A stretch of DNA of 12,582 nt from Oligoflexales bacterium (GTDB taxonomy: Bacteria > Bdellovibrionota_B > Oligoflexia > Oligoflexales > RGVZ01): assembly GCA_044236265.1 (NCBI GenBank), contig JBIIGV010000081.1, positions 1-12,582 of the forward strand. The letters run 5' to 3'. The notes beneath the pieces were generated by a model that worked only from the letters and a program-made list of their open reading frames with translations, did no database searches and had not been told where the DNA came from. This document shows, one piece after another, positions 6,632 through 12,582 of this stretch; the first letter of the stretch is position 1, and each line of letters opens with the position of its first letter. A program made the position numbers and the translations under genes.

Positions 6632-7840
6632 TTACCAAATTCTTGATTTTACAACGGTGGAGGCAGCAAGAGGCGTCTCTACCTCAACATCGTACCTGCC
6701 CCGTTTCCCTAGCCTTACAGGAATTCTAGACCATCCTTTACCGTCCTCAAGGATCTGAATGGACGGCTTACCATCAACAATCTGAATAGCATTCCAGGGC
6801 AAACAAGACTTTGCCTGATGGGTGCTTTTGATAATACTTACATCCGCCAAAAGGTTTGGCGGCAGGATGGCTCCCGCCCTGTCAAACTCAACGATTACGC
6901 GGTAAAACGTGAGCCCCCCGGTCGCCTTCGTTTCACTTTCATTTTGATACGAATAGGACGAGTACCCCGAGATTTCCACTTTTTTCTCCGTTGGCAACGT
7001 CGACACCTCTGTAACTTTCCCGACAATAGTAGTCCCATCCGGCAATGTTACGGTTGCATTCATTCCAGCTGCGACGCCATGCACTTGACTATCAAAAAGC
7101 TGTGCCTCCGCTCGATATCTGCCGGGCTTTTCAATTTTTGCAATGACCGTCCCCGCCATCACCATAAGGTTACCGGATAGACTCTTTGGATCCACAATCA
7201 ATTCGGTCACCACACCGTCAATGGAACTGAAGAAATTCGACTGTTTTATCTGCACAGAGTAGGCGTCTACATTTTTCTGCATTGACTCAAGTCCGCGCTG
7301 CATACGCTCTTCAACTTGCTTTGCGGATACGACAGCGCTGTCCACCTGTTCCAGCTCAGATGCTGCCATAACCCCTTTTTCAGTCAGATTCTTGATACGC
7401 TCGCGCCTGGCCTCAATGACCTTTCGACTATTAGTCGCGATGCGTAATTGACCAAGATATAGCTGGGCATAATCCTGGTAAATATCGCGCATTTTCTCCA
7501 AATTCGAGGTTACAGCAGTCGCCAAAAGCTGTCCTTTTTTCACGGACTGCCCACGGGTCACATTGAAAGAACCAATTAGTGACATATACTCAGGCCTGAC
7601 CTCCTGGTATTGCGCTGCAAAAATCCGGGACGCGACACGCAGATCATCCTGAATAACACAGGATTTAGGCTTAGTCGGTAATTCAAAAGGATCACCGATG
7701 GCAACCATCTGTTTTGCGCTGGACGACTCGTTAGCCAGCAGCTGTGCTCCCATGGCGATACTAATTCCTAAAAAAAGAATCTTGCCAGAAGAGGCCGAGG
7801 CATATTTGATTGCGGATATTCTGATCCCTGATTTAAAAAT
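6632..7840 (-). CDS. Periplasmic adaptor / membrane fusion protein 2 (MacA/HlyD-like); start probably ATT at 7840, first ATG at 7753
   Basis: Split lipoyl halves (FNVTRGQSVKKGQLLA and FSSIDGVVTEL) around an alpha-hairpin, beta-barrel region (GMNATVTLPDGTTIVGKVTEVS; YRVIVEF...ILPPNLLADVSI), membrane-proximal region (LPWNAI...VRLGKRGRYDVEV). The frame is open upstream of 7753 to a TAG at 7852-7850, and AGGAG (7851-7847) sits 6 nt before the in-frame ATT. Confidence 0.85.
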   Translation of the reverse strand: MFKSGIRISAIKYASASSGKILFLGISIAMGAQLLANESSSAKQMVAIGDPFELPTKPKSCVIQDDLRVASRIFAAQYQEVRPEYMSLIGSFNVTRGQSVKKGQLLATAVTSNLEKMRDIYQDYAQLYLGQLRIATNSRKVIEARRERIKNLTEKGVMAASELEQVDSAVVSAKQVEERMQRGLESMQKNVDAYSVQIKQSNFFSSIDGVVTELIVDPKSLSGNLMVMAGTVIAKIEKPGRYRAEAQLFDSQVHGVAAGMNATVTLPDGTTIVGKVTEVSTLPTEKKVEISGYSSYSYQNESETKATGGLTFYRVIVEFDRAGAILPPNLLADVSIIKSTHQAKSCLPWNAIQIVDGKPSIQILEDGKGWSRIPVRLGKRGRYDVEVETPLAASTVVKSRIW

Positions 7841-7872
7841 GAGAAGCTCCTAAGTCTGATGCGATTCAAAAT

Positions 7873-9513
7873 TCATTTACCATATGTCATAGAAACGCCG
7901 TCAGGCAAACGACCAAGCAATGAGCGCATGCGACCAATGCTAGACAGCACGTCGACACGAGCGCTGATCTCACTGATTCGGGCCCCGTTCACCTCCGTTT
8001 GCGAGTCGATCACATTACGCACACTGGATTCCCCAGCTTTGAAACGCTCGTATTCTGCATTTAGCTTCTTTTCTGCTATTTCACGGGAAATTTTTGCAAT
8101 CTTGTATCGGCGACTACCTATATCGAGACGCTTAATGAGCGCATTGTACTCTTTCTCAACACCTCTTTTTGCCTCGTCTTCGGCAAAAGACGCCTTCTGA
8201 CTTGCCACAATGGATTGTTGAAGAGAGTTTTTACTCGAGTCATTAAACAACACCTGCGAGTATGAAAGACCAATGGAGAACGTTCGATCATTGGGCTTTA
8301 AAGCCTCGACAGCTGTCTTACCCCAACCGTCACCGGGTGCGGCGTTTCCGTAGCTGGTTGTGAATGACAAGCTTGGCATCGTCGAAACGCGCGCCAAGCT
8401 CAGATCAATCTCTGCCAATTCACGATTGATTCTTGCTAATGCGATTGAGGGATTGCCCGACCCAATCACGCTGAGACCATCTTGGGGAGACTTGAAGTTT
8501 TCCACATTTACATTCAAGGCCTTGGGATCTGGAAATACCCCCTGACCCTCTACGTCGTCAAATGCAAGGCTGTTGCGGAATTCGGCGACTGCCGCCTCGT
8601 ACTCAATCTCTGAGGACATGTAATCCGTCTCTGCCTGTGACGTCTGCAGTTCAGCACGGGTTGCCTCGAGAGCACTGGATTCGCCCGCTGCAATCTTTTC
8701 TTTCACATCATTTTGGAGGGCTCTCGCCAACAGAAGAGACCGATATTGAACAGAGAGCTGTAAATGTTTTTGAATCAAGCCATAAAAAGCTGACTCAGCA
8801 TCAGCTAGCTTTGAGATAGTCTCCATCTTAAATGCCTCTCGCGCAGAGGCTAAAGTCAGGGTATTTCGTTTACGGCTCAAGCTTTCAGAAGAGAATGGAT
8901 TATCTCGTAAAAGAGAGACATCGAGACTGGCGTTAAAAGCCGCATTGTCTGGACGAGGAGGGTTTGAGTTTGAACTCGATGGCATTGTCTGGGCGTAAGC
9001 CAATTGCGGGAAAGATACCTTGTAATTAACACCTCTTGCTGGACTGCCTGTCAGCGAAAATCCGGCGCGACTGCCAAGCGACCTGGAACCTGACTCCTGT
9101 TTACGATCGGAATAATCATCGAACATGTCAGAATCACTGAGGGTCTTCGACCACCTCTGGTCATGGCCAGCATCAAACGAGACAACGGGAATCTTTTTAT
9201 CATCCTCCGTTTTAACCGTTTGTCTCGCGGCATTAAACGTTTCTCGCGATACTTTGAGCGCCAGCCCCCGGGTCTGCACCAGCTGGTAAAGCTCTGGCAA
9301 TGCTACTAGCTTCTTAGCACCCGCAGGGGGCGCATAAATATCAAGAGGTTTTAGAAGCTCCACATAATTTGATTCATTGATCTGCGTCACAGGTTTTGCC
9401 TGGGAAGACTTCTTACTTAAAGACGATGTTTCTGCTGCCGTGATGTAATCGGAAAACGATAGGGCGCAAGCAAAAAACACAAGCAACATTGGACTTACAA
9501 CGAGCTGTTTCAT
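7873..9513 (-). CDS. TolC-family outer membrane efflux protein
   Basis: Sec-type signal peptide and two OEP repeats with typical helical motifs (AESAFYGLI...KIAAGESSALEATRAE; ERFKAGESSVRNVIDSQ; RSLLG) plus amphipathic beta segments (MPSLSFTTSY...FSIGLSYSQVLF). Start is ATG 9513 or GTG 9516, abutting or overlapping the upstream TAG (9518-9516). Confidence 0.9.
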   Translation of the reverse strand: MKQLVVSPMLLVFFACALSFSDYITAAETSSLSKKSSQAKPVTQINESNYVELLKPLDIYAPPAGAKKLVALPELYQLVQTRGLALKVSRETFNAARQTVKTEDDKKIPVVSFDAGHDQRWSKTLSDSDMFDDYSDRKQESGSRSLGSRAGFSLTGSPARGVNYKVSFPQLAYAQTMPSSSNSNPPRPDNAAFNASLDVSLLRDNPFSSESLSRKRNTLTLASAREAFKMETISKLADAESAFYGLIQKHLQLSVQYRSLLLARALQNDVKEKIAAGESSALEATRAELQTSQAETDYMSSEIEYEAAVAEFRNSLAFDDVEGQGVFPDPKALNVNVENFKSPQDGLSVIGSGNPSIALARINRELAEIDLSLARVSTMPSLSFTTSYGNAAPGDGWGKTAVEALKPNDRTFSIGLSYSQVLFNDSSKNSLQQSIVASQKASFAEDEAKRGVEKEYNALIKRLDIGSRRYKIAKISREIAEKKLNAEYERFKAGESSVRNVIDSQTEVNGARISEISARVDVLSSIGRMRSLLGRLPDGVSMTYGK

Positions 9514-9515
9514 CA

Positions 9516-10736
9516 CTAGGACCCCCCTGTTGACTTCTGACTGACCACAACAAAGTCTCCAACCTTGAGACCCTCGCTCACTTCAGCTTCGAGATCTGTT
9601 TGAACTCCAATCTTTACAGCTTTAGCTGTCGGGGTTTTGCCCCGGCCATCAGCCGCCAGAACGAAATACTGTGAACCCTCTTGCTTTAGTGCTGCACGAG
9701 GCACGACAATAGCGTTTTCCTTTGCAGAAAAGACCGCGCTGATCTTTGCTGAGTATCCAACCCGTAGGCCATTGGACTTAACCGTTTCCGCCGGCAAAGA
9801 AACAGACACGTTGTATTGACTCATGGCCCCTCCACGCTGAGATGAGGCATCAATACTCTTGATCAGACCTTTAAAGCTTTTGCCCTGTACAGCATCGATA
9901 GCAATATCGACCGACTGCCCGATCTTGAATTTTGTCACCCTGATTTCATCAACCTGGAATGAAACGGCCAGTTCCCGGGGATTTGCGACCAAGGCCAATT
10001 GTTGTCCTTGATTCACATCATCACCACCGTTGCTAGTGCTGGCTATAATTCCGTCGATCGGACTCACAATGTTAGCCGCAGTAACACTTTCAGCCGCAGT
10101 CGTTAACTCTCGCTCAGCCTTTCTGAGCTCGAGCTCTTTTGTCTTGAGATCAGCTTCAGCAGCAACGAAGGCTTTTTCTGCCTCCTCCAGCTCTTTTTGC
10201 GCAGCGATACCTTTTTTAACGAGTCCGGTTTTGCGCTCTAACTGCTTTGCCGCAAAAGCAAACTGGGCGCGAGACGATTTGATGTCTACATTAAGCTGAT
10301 CAACCCGTTCCTTACTCTCAACTCTTTTCTGTTCTAGCTCTTTAGTGTCCACAACAAAGAGGACACTGCCACGCTTCACTTGCTCGCCCACTTTAAACTT
10401 CGCAGGACCAAGACGCATTCGTTTGTCGGCTCTAAGCTCAACTTTCTCTGCCGCTTCCAGCTTCCCATCGAAAACGATTGAATCGGAGATTGTGATTTTT
10501 TTTGCGGGAAAATAGCTATAAATCAAATCCTTTGAACTAACCGCATCCTTTTCCAGGGACGTCGATGAAGCCTTACTATCGGATAGACCAAGTCGATGAC
10601 CCACAGTCGCTTTTAAAGAATTCAGCTTTGAACAAGCTGGAGCTACCAAGACACCAGCAGAGAGACCTGCCACAAGCATCTTCTCCCATATGAAATTGTT
10701 TACGTTACGGCCTCGAACATCATTTACGGTAGACAT
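9516..10736 (-). CDS. Periplasmic adaptor / membrane fusion protein 1 (MacA-like), possible lipoprotein
   Basis: FKVGEQVKRGSVLFVVD and IVSPIDGII lipoyl halves around a long coiled coil; VDEIRVTKFKIGQSV, FKGLIKSI, LRVGYSA, AIVVPRAAL, VKIGVQTDLEAEVSEGLKVGDFVV. The short hydrophobic N-terminal segment ends in LVAPA-C-SK. Confidence 0.92.
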   Translation of the reverse strand: MSTVNDVRGRNVNNFIWEKMLVAGLSAGVLVAPACSKLNSLKATVGHRLGLSDSKASSTSLEKDAVSSKDLIYSYFPAKKITISDSIVFDGKLEAAEKVELRADKRMRLGPAKFKVGEQVKRGSVLFVVDTKELEQKRVESKERVDQLNVDIKSSRAQFAFAAKQLERKTGLVKKGIAAQKELEEAEKAFVAAEADLKTKELELRKAERELTTAAESVTAANIVSPIDGIIASTSNGGDDVNQGQQLALVANPRELAVSFQVDEIRVTKFKIGQSVDIAIDAVQGKSFKGLIKSIDASSQRGGAMSQYNVSVSLPAETVKSNGLRVGYSAKISAVFSAKENAIVVPRAALKQEGSQYFVLAADGRGKTPTAKAVKIGVQTDLEAEVSEGLKVGDFVVVSQKSTGGS

Positions 10737-10739
10737 GAA

Positions 10740-11912
10740 TTACCCCGTTCTCAAAGCATCATATGGATCTATGCGAGCAGCTCGCATTGCTGGTGTGGCG
10801 CCAAATAAAACTCCAGTCAAAACTGAAAAACCCAAAGCGACAGCGACGCTGACCAACGACATGCTTGCTTCCCAGTCACCGAGCATACTTGCGACTTGTT
10901 TACCAAACATCCAGCCAACGATTACGCCTATCACACCACCTAAGATGCATATAATGACGGTTTCCATTAAAAACTGTACGGCTATTTCAGAATTCTGAGC
11001 TCCGACCGCTTTACGAAGACCGATTTCTTTTTGCCTCTGATGAATCGACAGCAACATAATATTCATGATGCCCACACCACCGGTAAGTAAGCTAATGCCG
11101 GCTAGGCAAATTCCGACAAGGTTTTGCTTACCCCAGATTGCCTTGGTCTTTTCTATTGCTTCCCTGGCATCTGCGATCTGTATCTGTTCACCAAACTTTG
11201 GCATAAGAAGTGACTTCACCTGATACTTTGCGATCGTTGAACGATTGTCATCTTTTAGAAGCAAAATGAGCTTGCCGCCTTTTGATGAGGAAATTTTTGC
11301 ACCAAGTGACGGGCTAATGTAAATACTGCCATCGAGCTCAGTGCCAGCAGCCCCACCTTTTTCGCGAAAAGAACCGATCACGTGCAAAACCAGCGAGTTA
11401 TCCCCCATCATGATGGAAATGTACTGATTCATGAAAGGGCGATCGCCAAATAACGCGTTACGAATGCGCTGTCCTAGAATGACAACGGGAGCAGACATCT
11501 CAGACTCTGAAGTCGTCGCCATGCGACCATGTTCAAGATCTAAGTTCAGAACGCGGTAATAAGATTCATCAGCTGATAACAAGCGAACATCAACCGTTTT
11601 ATCTTCAAATCGCGCCACACCCGATCCGACCACCTGTTCTTGTGTAGCCAGCTCAAGTTCGTCTGCCTGCCGCCTGATCACACTCAAATCGGATTCAGTT
11701 AGGGAGACCTGCCCCAGCTCGACCGTCATTAACTTATTGCCAAGGCTGGCTAACTGTTTAGCAATATATAATTTTGCACCGTCATTACTACTAAGTGTCG
11801 CAATGACTGCAGCATTTCCAAACACCATCCCCACAAGCGTCAAGGTTGACCTAAGCTTGTTCTCCCAGAGAGTTGCCAATGCCAAACGAAAAATGACCAA
11901 GAGCGACGCCAT
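10740..11912 (-). CDS. MacB/FtsX-type (type VII) ABC transporter permease without a fused ATPase domain
   Basis: NKLRSTLTLVGMVFG (TM1), a large periplasmic domain, then GGVGIMNIMLLSIHQRQKEIGLRKAVGA, QFLMET, GVLFGATPAMRAARIDPYDALR: the four-TM MacB topology. RBS GGAGG lies within the end of the upstream gene. Confidence 0.95.
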   Translation of the reverse strand: MASLLVIFRLALATLWENKLRSTLTLVGMVFGNAAVIATLSSNDGAKLYIAKQLASLGNKLMTVELGQVSLTESDLSVIRRQADELELATQEQVVGSGVARFEDKTVDVRLLSADESYYRVLNLDLEHGRMATTSESEMSAPVVILGQRIRNALFGDRPFMNQYISIMMGDNSLVLHVIGSFREKGGAAGTELDGSIYISPSLGAKISSSKGGKLILLLKDDNRSTIAKYQVKSLLMPKFGEQIQIADAREAIEKTKAIWGKQNLVGICLAGISLLTGGVGIMNIMLLSIHQRQKEIGLRKAVGAQNSEIAVQFLMETVIICILGGVIGVIVGWMFGKQVASMLGDWEASMSLVSVAVALGFSVLTGVLFGATPAMRAARIDPYDALRTG

Positions 11913-11913
11913 T

Positions 11914-12582
11914 CTACGCGCCCTCCTGAGAACGACTCAAAGCACTTGCCACCTGTTCATTCAGACTAAATTGATCCCTTGAAATCTTCGCAAGAGAACG
12001 CACTAACTGGTTAAGAACCACCTCTTCTTTTTCAACTTTAAGTTGATTCAAAAGCGAGTGATTAAATCGCTTAGACCTGAGCATCCCCATCAACCATGCC
12101 CCCGAAGAGCGCATCAAGACATCTTGAGCACGAAGCATATCTTCTGCAACTTCGGACGCCACTTCTGCGTTGAAACGACCAACAATCAGGGCCGCATTGG
12201 CACGGACACGGTTATTGCGATCATTGCGTGCCATATCAATCAAGCGATCTAAGAATTTATCTTGGCTGCTTAGACTTTGAATGCATTCGACCGCGTTGGC
12301 GCGCACGCGGTTGTCAGGATCAGTGAGAACATCATTCATGATGAAATCCTTGTTCTCAATCGACCACTTGCCGATAATGAAAACGGCGGTGGCACGCACT
12401 CGCTCATCTCTATCAAATCGACAAGACACCACTTTTTCCTGAAGTTCTTTGGGAATATACTCCTGATCAATATCCTTAAGTGCCGTGATCGCGACATGTC
12501 GAACCCAAGGATTTTCATCACTCAGTGCGCGCACGTAGTAGGGAATTGACTCTTCCTGAGGTCTCAGATTCAGGTTTTTTAC
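11914..12582 (-). CDS. HEAT / PBS-lyase-like repeat protein, C-terminal part (5' end outside the window)
   Basis: The frame stays open beyond the track's GTG 12534 to the window edge (VKNLNLRPQEESIPYYVRAL...). Repeats spaced about 30-37 aa: DENPWVRHVA, DRDERVRATA, DPDNRVRANA, DRNNRVRANA, AQDVLMRSSGA. The stop is 1 nt before the permease ATG. Confidence 0.88.
   Translation of the reverse strand, partial: VKNLNLRPQEESIPYYVRALSDENPWVRHVAITALKDIDQEYIPKELQEKVVSCRFDRDERVRATAVFIIGKWSIENKDFIMNDVLTDPDNRVRANAVECIQSLSSQDKFLDRLIDMARNDRNNRVRANAALIVGRFNAEVASEVAEDMLRAQDVLMRSSGAWLMGMLRSKRFNHSLLNQLKVEKEEVVLNQLVRSLAKISRDQFSLNEQVASALSRSQEGA

Noticed and set aside
430..11339. GAGCTC seen about 13 times by eye versus about 3 expected from uniform base composition
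   Set aside because: AGCTC/GAGCT is generally common here, most copies are in coding sequence where Glu-Leu, Ser-Ser or x-Ala codons explain them, and two belong to one hairpin. A Markov-corrected genome-wide count would be needed to claim enrichment.
1213..12549. The many 60-134 aa alternative-frame and antisense ORFs in the track
   Set aside because: They lie within or largely overlap well-supported genes and show no recognisable motifs, so they are treated as shadow ORFs.
1..12582. tRNA, rRNA, CRISPR array, transposase or integrase
   Set aside because: Intergenic gaps are all under about 300 bp and show no cloverleaf or repeat-spacer pattern, and no ORF shows recombinase motifs.

Overview
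Bacterial chromosomal window of roughly 48-50% GC (estimated by eye), densely coding. The gene set and protein divergence loosely suggest a deltaproteobacteria-like or Bdellovibrionota-like diderm, but this is only an impression. From left to right: (1) a NERD/PD-(D/E)xK nuclease fused to a P-loop (probably SF1 helicase) domain, truncated by the window edge and absent from the ORF track; (2) a divergent CAP/SCP-domain lipoprotein behind a near-consensus sigma54 promoter with candidate enhancer and IHF sites; (3) a bidirectional hairpin terminator; (4) class II fructose-bisphosphate aldolase; (5) a divergent ComM/YifB AAA+ ATPase with a perfect 16-bp palindrome next to its RBS; (6) arginyl-tRNA synthetase; (7) a tightly packed minus-strand operon: HEAT-repeat protein (partial), MacB/FtsX-type ABC permease, periplasmic adaptor 1, TolC-family protein, periplasmic adaptor 2. 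The most unusual element is this export operon. It has two adaptors, a coupled HEAT-repeat gene and no ATPase gene in view. Its TolC appears to carry extra beta-strands, and its last gene appears to start at a non-canonical ATT. I saw no RNA genes, CRISPR arrays or transposases.
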